Positions 1-11,686 of a stretch of DNA of 64,000 nucleotides are shown here, piece by piece; within the stretch, counting starts at the first letter, position 1; each line of letters starts with the position of its first letter. The notes below the pieces were generated by a model. The model saw only the letters and a list, made by a program, of their open reading frames with translations, was not told where the DNA came from and searched no databases. The stretch comes from Lama guanicoe (lineage: Eukaryota). Location: assembly GCA_013239625.1 (NCBI GenBank), contig MU056050.1, positions 4,078,084-4,142,083 of the forward strand, read 5' to 3'. The position numbers and the translations under genes are program-made.

Positions 1-56
1 GAATAGCTCATTCACCTGGTGACTCAACAGAACCTCTTATTTCGCAGCTACTAGTT

Positions 57-75
57 GAGACACTAGGTGGTGCTA
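57..75 (+). promoter_or_regulatory. Candidate CTCF binding site, with AP-1 motif TGACTCA at 20-26
   Basis: GAGACACTAGGTGGTGCTA resembles the CTCF core CCACYAGGKGGCGCTA with about 2 mismatches; motif match only. Confidence 0.4.
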
Positions 76-189
76 TGCCTTTGTTGCTGGTCTAGGTTTA
101 ATTCCCTGGAATTGTATCCCTGATTCTGGCAAATGGGATGATTCTGGAGAATATAGACTGTCAGGAGAAGGGGAACGGCTTGGAAAGCA

Positions 190-480
190 GGGAGTAGCTG
201 AAAATGATCTGAATATACAGAAGAAAGTAGGCATTAGTAAGAGAAGTAAGGCCTGGAAGTGAGGAAATCCACTGTAAATGTTGAAGTGTCACCCTTAGAG
301 AGAATAAATGGCAACTCTGAAAGAAGAAATGAGAAAGGAATGGGTGCTCGTATAAGCAAGTCTAAGATGTATAGTGTAACAGCTGAAGGAGTGCATTCCT
401 CCTGATAGCCTCGCCGTTCCCTGTGGAGAAGGCTGAGAGTGAGGGAGAGATGAAGGATAAGTGATTTAACTAAATGAATA
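190..480 (-). mobile_element. Degenerate L2 fragment
   Basis: Purine-rich antisense L2-like sequence (cctgatagcctc...gctgagagtgaggga); weak similarity. Confidence 0.35.
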
Positions 481-3400
481 TTATTTGTAATAGCAAATTC
501 AGGAATTGCTTAAGGAGCTGTCTAAAACCAGACATATATTAGACATATAGAGCATTAATCAGTGCTTAAGTGATATTTTAGGATCAAGAAATAAATCATG
601 GAAAGCAGATGGGCTACACTATCAATGTATACAATATTTTTTGTATGATGAAATCTAAATTGGAGCTGTGGATTTATTTTGTGTATTTTAAGTTTACCTA
701 ATGTTAATCCTGTAATAGCCCCAAGTTTATCTATTTTTAAACACTGGCTGTGCCAAGAAATGGAAATCTGAGGACTATTTCCATGGTATTTTTAACATCC
801 TAAAGCAAAAGACAACCATTTAAATGAATGGGAGGGGTATAACTTCACAGCTGGAAACTGGATTTGACAGAGAGTACCAGTGATAGACTATTTCCTGTGG
901 AGGATATCACAAAGTAATACAGTAGCAGTCGAAACAACAGTCTTTGTAACACATTGTACTGGCTTCATTTATCTGTTCAATAAATAGGAAATCTACTTAA
1001 GCCACAGTGCCAAGATATGCTATTTCTTTCACCTCAAATGCATTTTTCACATTGCCTTTGTGATAATGGGAAAAAAAGTGTTATAAACAAAGAGAAGGTC
1101 TTTTATTCCACAGAATACTTAATTCATGTAGTGAAGCTACTAGCTGAGGTTTCTGTTTAGTTTTTAAGAAATTAAGTAATTTAAAATTCATGTCAACAAT
1201 GAGGTATTTAGAAAATGGATTTGTAGTCTCATGATTAAATCTATACACTAGTTTTATATGAAGTATGAAAATATAGGGAAATATGGAAAATGTTTAGTAT
1301 ATTAAAATAGTAAGTAAGGTATCTCCACATGATGACAAACATTATAATGAATTTTATTCTTCCCAGATTCGTGATGTTAACAGAACCTTTTGTGTGAAGT
1401 GCAAAGTTTTATTTCATTTTCAACTTTCTTTTGTCCTCTGAGAAGCCATTGGTAGAGTATTCTGCTGTTTGATGTCAAAATAAGAAAAATAATATCGTAG
1501 AATGCTCTAAAAACTAGGAATATAGTAACAAAATGCTAATCTGGATCCTTGGTTGAGAGAGAGTGATGGGGGGATAAGCATTGCTGCAGTTTTAATGTCG
1601 CCACAATATCTCATCATTATACCACATAGCATGGTTACTATGTTTCGTCAGATATGTTATATGACTCAACCATTTCTGTGCATCAAGATTATATAGGACA
1701 TTAAGTAAAAGAACAGAAGTGGATGACATTTTCATATTGAATTCAGTATTATATATACTCTTTTCAAAATTAAGGGCAACTCATAATCTAAGAGATGGAC
1801 CTAACATTTTAAAAGAAGCAAAGGCCCTGGATGCAACCAGAAGCTACTGATTTTCACTGGAGCTGATAAAAGTTATTTAATTGGTGCTTTTTCAAAGTAC
1901 CTTGGCAATATCGATAAATATGGTAGAAAAACATGCTCGTCCTATAAAATAAAAAAATAACTATTCTTTATGTCAAGAGAAAGAAATTTCTCCAGTTTAT
2001 TCTAACCTTTTATCTTGCTTATTGTAACTTCTTTCTCAGATTTTCATTATCTACAATATATTTTTTGTTTGTTCATCCATAATGTAGTTGTAAGAAGTTC
2101 CATAATCACTTGCTGTTACCCCTGTGAGGGTAGGAGGGGGCAGAGAACAACTAAAGAACATTGTGTTCACAACTCCTTTTGTCTTTAGCTTTTATAATAT
2201 TCAATCCAAACTCAAGAGTCCATCTCCCCTGCAAATTCCCTTGTGCAACTCTTTGTAATTAACAGCTCTTCCAAGCCTATATCATAGGTGCCACTGATCT
2301 GCGCTCCATCAGTTGAAGTTTACCTCTCTGAAAAGGACATACAAATGGAATCATATAATACGTAACCTTTTGACTGCCTTCTTTCACTAAGCAAAGTGAA
2401 TATGAGAGTAACTAAGGTTGTTTCTTCATCACCCTGTTCCTTCCTATTTATTGCTCAATTGTATTCCATTGTATGTATGTCTGACAATGTAGACTTCTAT
2501 TCAGAGTTTGAAGGACATTTAAGCTGTTTCCAGTTTTTGGCAAATATGAATAAAATGGCTATATACAATTACATACAAGCTTTGTGGAAACATAAGTTTT
2601 CATTTTTTTGCATAAATGCTGAGGAATGGGATGCTTGGGTCATATGGAAAATTTATGATAACCTTTATTAGAAACTGCCAAACTACCTTCCAAAGTAACT
2701 GTACCATTTCTCATCCCTACCAGCAGGAATGAGAGTTCCAGTTGCTAAAAAGTCTTTTGTAGTGTTCAGCATACAGATAATGCATGTATCTTGTGAGATT
2801 CATACAGAACCATTTCATCTTTGGTATTGTTAGTGTTAATATTTTATGAATTTTGAATTCTAAGTTGATTACTATTGTATAGAAATACATTTTATGCACA
2901 TTGACCTTGTTCCTGTGGCCTTGTTAAACTCACTTATTTGTTCTAGTATCTTTAGGGTAGACTTTTTGAGAATTTTCTATGTAAACATTTGTACCATCTG
3001 CAAACAGAGACAAATTTTTTCCTTCTCAAGCTGTAGGCCTTCATTTCCTTTTCTTATTACATTGCAAGTACTTAACATATGATGCTGAATAGCAGTGGTG
3101 AGAGTAGACATCCTTGTCTTATTCCTATATTATAGGGAAAGCATTCACATTTTTAGCATTTAATATGTTGTTAACTCAGTATTTTGTTGATGCCTTTGGG
3201 TTAATCAGGTTCCCTTCTACTCCTAGTTTGCAGGTTGTTCTTTTTTTTTAATATCAGGAAAAGATGTTGGATTTTGTCAGATTTTTTTCTCTGCCTCTAC
3301 TGAGATGATCTTATGGTATTTCTTCTTTAGTCTGTTAAAATTGTGATTTATATTGATTGATTTTAATTATTAAAACTGCTTTAACATTTGTCAGGATTTA

Positions 3401-4849
3401 TTGTCCTTTTTGTACGTTAGTAGGTTTACTTTTCTATATTGAGGATTTGTCCATGTTCATTGGTGATTTTTTTTTTTCCTGTGATATTTTTGGCTAGTTT
3501 GCTACCAAGGTGATGCTGATCTCATAAAATGAGTTGGGAAATAGTCTCTCTCCTCTTCTATTTTCTGGAAGAAGTCATTTATGGTTGGCATTATTTCTTA
3601 CTTAATTATTTGGTAGAATTCAACTGGGTCTCTAGGTTTCTTTGTGGAGAGGTTTTAAACTATAAATTCAATTTATTTAATAAACGTAAGTCTAAAAAGA
3701 GTATCTACATCCCCTTGAGTGAACTTGGTATCATATCTTTTAATGGATATTCCCCTTCTGTCTATCTTGTCAAAATTATGGGTACAAACTGTAGTATAGC
3801 CTTATTCTCCTTTAAATGTTTGTGTGTTTTATAGCAATGTTCTTCACTAATTAATTCCTGATGTTAGTAATTTGTGTCCTATTGCTCTCTCTCTTTTTTT
3901 TCTCAGTAAGGCAATTTTTTGGATTTGTTTTTCCAAGGAACTAGCTTTAGGTTTCATTGTTTTTGTCTGGTTTTGTTTTCGATTTCACTAATTTCGGCTC
4001 TCATCTCAATTATTTCCTTTCTTTTACTTGCTTTGGGTTTAGGTTTATAATGGTTTTTTTTTTCCTTTCTTTTTGGTTTCTAGTCTTTTAAATTGGGAGG
4101 TTAGATTATTGATTTAAGGATTTTTACTCCTTTTAATGTAACCATTTGATGCTATAAGTTTCCTTGTTAGTACTGCTTTAGATGCTTCCCACAAGTGGTG
4201 ATATGTTATACTTTTGTTTTTATTTAGTTTAAAATAATTTGTTAACCTTCCTCAAGACTCCCTTTTTCAGACACATGGGTTATTTAGAGGCATGTTGTTT
4301 ATTTTCAGTATATTTGGGGACTTTCAGATATCTTCCTTTTATTGATTTCTATTTCCTTCATTTGTCAGAGAGCATGCAGTCTGTGATTTCTGTTCTTTTA
4401 AAATTTATGCTCTATTTTGTTGAATGTTACGTGTGCATTTGAAAGAAGTATATTCTGCTATTGTTGGAATGAGTGTTCCATAAATGTCTATTAGGTCAAG
4501 TTGGTTGATAGTGTTTCTCAGATCTTCTCTATCCTGACTGATTTTTTACTTGCTCTATCAATTACTGAGAGAGGCGTATTGATGTCTCCAACTATAATTG
4601 TAGATTTCTCTTTTTCTCCTTCCAGTTCTTTCAGTTTTTTGTATTTTGTATTTTGAAGCTAGTTGTTAGGCACACACACATTTAGAATTGTTGTGCTTTT
4701 TGGAGAATAGGCGTCTTTATTATTATATAATGTCCTCTATTCCCTGGTAATATTATTTGTTCCAAAGTCTACTTTGTCTGATATTAATAAGGATATTCCG
4801 GCTTTATTTTTGATCAGTGTTTGAATAGTGTATATTTTTGTTCCCTTCT

Positions 4850-4888
4850 TTATCTATCTGTCTGTCTATCTATCTATCCATCTATCTA
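4850..4888. repeat. (TCTA/TCTG)n microsatellite
   Basis: tatctatctgtctgtctatctatctatccatctatcta. Confidence 0.9.
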
Positions 4889-7479
4889 GTGGTTTTCTTG
4901 AAGACAGCATTTATGTTGATCTTGAATTTTTTTATCCAATATGGCAATCTCTGTCTTTTAATTCCCACATTTAGACAATTTACCTTTAATGTGATTATCA
5001 GTGTAGTTTGATTAAAATTGACTGTCCTACTAGGTGCTTTCTATTTGTTCCATCTGTTCTTTTCTTTTTCCTCCTTTTTGCCTTCATTTGGATTAGTTGA
5101 GCATTTTGTGATTCCATTTTATTTCCATTATTGACTTATTCTGTCTCTATTAAAAAATAGTAGTTATCCTAGAGTTTAAGATATACATCTTCAATTAACT
5201 AGAGTCCACTTTAAGTAATACACTTACATTTACCTTACACTTAATATGTAGTGTAATGTCCTTATAACTATATATTCCAAATTCTTTCCTCCTATCTTCT
5301 GAACTATTTTTGTAATAATTTTCACTTCACATATGTTTTCTTTTAAAAACACAGTGCTTTGGTACTATTTTTGCTTTAGATAGGGAATGCAAAACACAGA
5401 AGTAATTAAAGCAATTAGAGTTAAGACAAAAACAATTTTTACCTTCATTTTTTTCTGTTTCCAGTAGCCTTTATTTCTTCGCATAGATTCCAGCTTCTTC
5501 CTAGAGTCATATTCCTTCTGCTTGAAGAATGTCCTTTAACATTTCTTGTAGTGTATGTATGTAGCAATACATTCACTCAGTTTTTGTTTTCAGAGAAATT
5601 ATTTCTTTCTCATTTTTGGAAGATATTTTCACTACATGTATAACTATGGGTTGATTTTTTTTTTTAATTCAGTACCCTCTAAGTGTTATTTCAATACTTT
5701 GTGTGTTGCATGGTTTCTGACAAGAAATCTGCAATTCTTATTGTTCTTCTTACCATCGTTCTTCATGTGTCCTTTTTTTCTAAATGACTTAGATTTTCAC
5801 CTTTTAAAACATAAATCTCATTTTGTGTTTGTGTACATGTGTGCATGCTTGTGTGTTATAATTATTCTACTTGATTTTCTCTGAGCCCCTTACTCTGGTT
5901 TGTTGCATGGCATTTTGACAGATTGGTAAAAGCTAACTATGGCTAGAAAGAGAATACAGAACCCCTGGAAGCACAGGTATAAGAAAAGTCCACACTCATT
6001 GCAGGCTCTTCTCCTGGATGTAACTGGGCACTCAAAGATTGGCGAGATCCTGGAAAAGCATCCCTCATAGTACAAGTCTGGGTGAGAGGAATAGCAGCAG
6101 CAAATCCAATATTTCTCCAAATATTTCTTATTCCCTGTTCTCTCTTTTCCTTTTGGGATTTCAGTTACACATATGATAGATCATTCGATACTGTCCTTCA
6201 AATTTTGGCTGCTCTGTATATTGTTTTCACCCTTTTTCTCTTTGTGTTTCTGTGTGGATAATTTCTGTGGGCATATGTCCAAGTTCACTGGTTGTTTCCT
6301 CAGCTTTGTCCAATATGCTGATGAGCCCATCAGAGATATTGTTTATCACATTTACTGTGATTTTCATTTTTAACATTTTACTTGATTCTTTCATATAGTT
6401 TCCATTCTTTCTGCTGAAATTTGCCATCTGATTTTGAACGTTGTCATCCTTATCTTTGGGAACCCCTAACACGTTAATCATAGTTATTTTAAATTTCCTT
6501 TCAAATAATTCCAACATTTGTTTCATATCTAATTCTGGTTCTGTTGATTTCTTTGTCTCTTGGCAGTGTGTTGTTTTTTAATTGACTTTTTAAAATATAC
6601 CTCATAGTTGTTGTTGAAACCTGGACATCTTATGTAAGATAGTAGAAACTAAGGTTCTTAGGTCTAGAAATTGGCATGCCTTTGTATTTACTAGCCTTTT
6701 AGTGTTTGCCTGTGTGTGAATGGGTGTCATTCTAGTTAAGAGTAGAGCAGTGGGTGGAGTTTCTTACTGCTCTTGTTAATCTTGTTAACACCTGCACCGG
6801 GCTTTAAATTCCTCCAGTGATACACTGGTTCAGGGTGGGTTCTGGTTGCCCAAGGGTTTTTATCAATGTCTGCTCCACAGTTTTAGGTCTTCCTTTGGGC
6901 TGTGCCTCAGGGAGGGTCTTCTTTCAGGCTTTATACAGTCTCACCATTATTCCACTGTTACTTATCCCTTGGCTCTGCTTAGCCTGATGATGGAGGGTGC
7001 TTTCTGTTCTAATTAATCCTTCATCCTAGGCAAGAACTGTGCCCCTAGGTCCTGGAGGTGTGTGCTTCTCAGTATCCTTGCCCTTCCCTACATATAGTTC
7101 TTGGCCTATACTTTTGCCCTCCCTATAGGTTTTTTTTTTCTTTTTTTCTGTTCCCTTCTACCAGCTACAGTGTATTTTCGCCAGTGACAGTTTGTGTTGC
7201 CTTTCTGTGTCTCACAGTTTAAAGTTTTTGTTCTGTGGGTGAAATAGGAGATACAGATCTGGGTAGGATTTGCTGCTGCAATTCCTCTCCCCTAGACTTG
7301 TACTAGGAGGGATGCTCTTCCAGGATCTTACTAACCTCTGTTTTGCGTGTCCAGTGACACCACTGAGAAGAGCCTGCAGTGACTACGTGCTCCCTTTATA
7401 CCTATGCCCTCAAGGGTTCTGTATACTCTTTCTAGCCATAGTGAGCTTTTACCAATCTGTCAATAGTTTATAACAGTTT

Positions 7480-7620
7480 AAAAAAAATTTAGATACTTTT
7501 AGTCTTATACAAAAGTTGCAAAATAGTAGAGAGTTCCTGTATGTGTATCATTTACTCAGTTTTCCTTTATGTTAACATCTTACATAACCATAGAACATTT
7601 ATCAAAACTAAAAAACTATT
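7480..7620 (-). mobile_element. Short L1 3'-end fragment nested in the older L1 5'UTR
   Basis: aaaagttgcaaaatagtagagagttcc...gttaacatcttacataacca is typical of antisense L1MB/MC 3' ends. Confidence 0.75.
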
Positions 7621-9820
7621 CTATATAAAAATATGCTATACTAAAAAATTGCTTAATTCTTCTTAACAGTGTCTGGCTACAACCATTTTCTCCACATAAG
7701 TCCTTGCATCTTATCTCTTCTTGCCTGTCTTTCCTTAGATTTCAAATTATTTGGTTGTCTTGTGACCTCAACTTTCTAATAGGTTCAAAAAAAATTATGA
7801 ATTTGCAGCATGTCTGGCTTTGTTCTTTTTGTTGTAAAGTGGAAGCGATACTCTTTCCAGCCCTGTATATTCCAAGTAGAAATTGGGAGTAAACACATAT
7901 TTTTTAAATGAATGACTAAATGAAGGAATGATCTGTTGTCCACAGATAAATTTGATATATAAGGGAAGACAAAACAATTACTTAAATATTAAGGTATATC
8001 ATGCAGGTTAAATGTTTTCTAACGTACTGTGTTTCTGTACTAGCATAGTAACCCACTTGCGACTCCTTCATAGGCTAAATCTAAATGTAGGGTTTAGAAA
8101 CACTTTACAAAAAATGTTTCTGCTTTTTAGGTAGCCACCCTACTCAGAGGATAGTTTTTTTCAGATTTGAGATCACTTTTTTTCCCCAGTGGATCCATCT
8201 AAAATGAAAATATAGAAAGCAATAGCTCTTGATCCTTTAGCTCTAATTTGGAAATCTTTTGGTAAAAGCTCAGGTATCCTTCAGATTAGTCAGAGTCTTT
8301 AAATTGAAAAATTTCTCTCCTTACACAGTCAACAATAACACAGAAATGAACTGTGGTGATGTATTGGTAAATCTGACCTTGTTCTATATCGATGTGATGC
8401 AACCACAATGCACATTTTTATTGAGTCTTTCTGTCTTGGCGAATAGACAATAGGTGTTTTAAGATATCCAAACACTTAATGTCACTGTTATCACTTATAA
8501 CATTTGGGGGCACAACTATAGAATAGATTAATTATGTTTTTGAAGACAAGAAATTGTATCCAAATTAAACATCTTCCATAGTGTGAGCTATAATTCTAAA
8601 AAAAAAAAATAGTTTCATGCTTTTACCAAATAAAGGGGATTTTAGATTTTATTTAATTCAGTGTTGAGGGAATAGAAGCTCACAAAAGCAAAGTATCATG
8701 AAAGATCATATGTCCAGTTAGGAAGGAATCTATCCAAATTTGAATCTTCTTACTCCATGTCCAGGGACTTCACATCACATGCATTGCTCTCTTGTTTGAA
8801 TACTTGCTTTAAAAAAGCCTACCAGAACTTTTATATAAAACATCTTTTAACATCTTTTGGAACTGTCTATGGATTAACTTAGTTGTTACACAAGAAAATA
8901 AGTCTCATTACTTTCAAGTCATGCCTCATATCCTTAAACTGTTGGTAGAAAATATGTATAAGGAGAGATTTATATTAGCCAAATGCTTGCTTTTCTCTCC
9001 CCGCCGACCCTTTCTCTCATCTCTATCCCTGTCTCTCTTTACACTGTTGGCACAAATGACAAGTATCTACTGTGCATAGTAATTATATATTCCCTAAGAT
9101 TCCTTGCTCATTAAACTTAAAGGGTATGTAGGATGGTAATTGCCATTTAATCTGCACTCTGTTTTGGAGGAAAGAAATTAACATATATTTATTTTGCAAA
9201 TACAGCAGTGGCTAAAATTGAACTGATTTCACAACAAGATATTTTTCCTTATTTTAATGCAAACAACTGCAATAAATTTTAATATAGCTCAAAAAAATCT
9301 TCTATAGAAAATATGTTGTACAGTGATATTTCCCATTTTCTATCTTTTCTTTAAAGGAAACCATTCCTATTTCTTATGACATGTTAGGCCTCAGATAACA
9401 GTATATAACTTTAAAATATCCATTTTTTAAAAATGAAGACATATTACCTTTTGTTTACAAATAAACAATAAAACCCCAAATGCTTATAATGGTATAAAGC
9501 TTTATGATTTTATTTAACACATATTTACTTTGCAAAGAAAATCTGCAAATATACAGATCTTTGTAGGAGGTTATAGTAGTGATGAGAAAAAGCAAAAATC
9601 TCTCCATGCATTACTATGTCCCTGGGCATTTGGTTGGATGTGGCTGGGTCATTTAATAAGGACAGAATTTGAAAGGAGGAGCTTCATCAAGCTGCTGTGT
9701 AAAACAGGTAGTGAATGAATGTGTTGACATAAATACTTTATAGGAGCATCTCGCTTGTTTGGGAGGAGTGAGAACGGCTGTGGCTCTCCTACTACACAGT
9801 GGTCAGGTGTAATAGCTGCC

Positions 9821-9900
9821 ATGAGGGAGATATCAAGCATCTAATTAACCTCCCTACAAATATCCCATCACCCAGGGTTAATGGGCGATATTTCCCTCAT
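9821..9900. repeat. Nested inverted repeat / hairpin
   Basis: ATGAGGGAGATATC (9821-9834) vs GATATTTCCCTCAT (9887-9900), 13/14 complementary; ATTAACC (9844-9850) vs GGTTAAT (9876-9882); AAATATCCCAT (9858-9868) also pairs with the right arm. Confidence 0.85.
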
Positions 9901-10183
9901 ATGGTTGTCTTATAGAGGTACGATTACAATTGCAGTGGATCACCAGAAGTGTGTGCCTATTTGGAGAGGTTTTAGTGGGTATAACTCCCACACTTGCCTG
10001 CCAGTTGGCATGGTCCACCCTGCTCTCAACTGCTGCCTACATACTGGCTAATCCTGCCTGGCTAAACCAGGTGTCAAATCCATAAGACATTGGTAAGGTT
10101 TCTTCTACCGGTAAACCAGTGACTATTGGTCAGATGGCTACAAAAGAAAAAAAAAAGTAATCCTTCTTCTGTTGCTTGGCAGT

Positions 10184-11650
10184 ATGACATCTTTATTTGA
10201 AAATTCTCAGTGGTATATGGCAGAATTAGTATACTCACAAAAAGAAAAGCCAATGGCACATTATAATGCTTTTTGTTACCATTTCAATTCCTTTAATAGA
10301 TAGGAGTAAAAGGTCCTGGCACTATAAGGAGAGGAGAACCTGCATGCCTGATGTACAACTAGTCAGGATTTGAATAACAGGACAGACATTCAAGATGGGG
10401 CAGGAAAACATCAGCACAACATTGGTGTTGAAGAGGAAGTAAGGAAAACCCTGAATAGGTTAAAAGGACACATGGAAGAGGAACCAAATGTAATACCATC
10501 GCAGGTACTCTAAAGAACTCTCCATTAATGCTAACAGAAGGAAATTCATTAAAGAGGCAAGTAAGTAGAATTCAAAACAGATATTGACCTCCAAACTCAG
10601 ATTCATTGCATGGAAGGGAAATTCCATAGTAGTATAAAGTGACCAGACCTGGAGAACAATTTCTTATGCATGATTCTGGTGCTCAAGATGATGAAAGAAT
10701 TCTTATTTACACAACTTTGACAATATTCAGTATTTAAGCAACAGTACCACATTATTCAGTGATAGCACCTTCAAGATGGCACCAACACAGTTCACTCAGT
10801 TATTTACTGTGCATAGTGTAGTATTGGGTTATACTTTATCATTGATTTATGCACTAACAATGAAAAGGCAAGAAGACACAGAAAAATATATATGAGATGG
10901 TACTTGCATTTGCAAGGGAAAGCTCAACATTAACCTTTCATTGTGCATGATGGATTTTGAAATTGCAAATATGACTGTGATTTAACTTCTACCAAGTGCA
11001 TGAGTAAAAGTATGCTTATTTCACTTTTCACAAATACTGTGGTGAAAAACATCTTTGGGTCTAACACATGAATATATAACAATAGAAATAACACCAGTAA
11101 GTGTGCATCCCTGTTGTTTTCACTTCCATTTCTGCCTTTCGAAGATGTCAGTGAAACTTTTGAGTACATTGTAGAGAATGCAGAAGAAAATTTAGATGAC
11201 CTAATGGATTGTATTGAGATAGTATATGTTTGTGGAAGACATGGCAGAGGCAGAAGATCAGAAATTCCAAGATTTCCACCAGAAACTTGGAATGTTTATA
11301 TATCTGTGCTGAACAGTGATCATAGAATGAATAATGCTATGGAATATTGGCATAGCAAATTTCAAAAACTGATGGTAGTGCTTTAATTTGGAGATTTGTT
11401 GAAGTACTAAAAGACCAACAGCAAAGCAATGAACAAATTATCACCCAGGTTCTTGGTAGTCACACTTGAATACAGCCATCAACTTTATGATGATACCAAC
11501 AAAATCAAATTCCTATAACCAAAATGGTTAACAGATATAACAAATATAACGCAATTAATCAAGTCAATATATACTTGAGATCAGTTGCTCATCAACTTAA
11601 GACTTAAGAGTAACCCCACTAAACTTCATGATGAGGAAGAACAAAAATAA
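10184..11650 (+). pseudogene. Fossil FLYWCH + MULE (Mutator/Phantom-type) DDE transposase, apparently full length, with multiple stops and frameshifts
   Basis: Manual translation across frameshifts: MAELVYSQKEKP..WHYKERRTC.A*CTT..HQH (FLYWCH-like); GEQFLMHDSGAQDDERILIYTT; FSDSTFKMAPTQFTQLFTVH (D1 at 10761); MMDFEIA (D2 at 10953); CLFHFSQILW (CxxH at 11013-11024); FLPFEDV, RFPPETWNVY, RMNNAMEYWH (E at 11342); IWRFVEVLKDQQ; YLRSVAHQL. Confidence 0.92.
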
Positions 11651-11686
11651 ATGTAGAATCCAAAATTCATCAGGAATTATAATAAA

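Larger units (their letters stand above)
2200..7890 (-). mobile_element. Old LINE-1 (L1M class): 3'UTR, internally deleted ORF2, ORF1 and 5'UTR
   Basis: Antisense L1 hallmarks: aaatggaatcatataatacgta (3'UTR), gtggtgagagtagacatccttgtctt and gatgtctccaactataattgtagattt (ORF2); minus ORF 6227-6526 reads as L1 ORF1p coiled-coil (LDKAEETTSEL); 5' end near 7890. Confidence 0.9.

Noticed and set aside
6227..6526. Coiled-coil protein ORF
   Set aside because: L1 ORF1p remnant; likewise 48013-48237 (ORF1p), 12037-12428 and 61944-62325 (ORF2p).
11114..11386. 90-aa ORF as a functional CDS
   Set aside because: It is only the open remnant of a transposase with many upstream stops and frameshifts, and it starts at a non-ATG codon.
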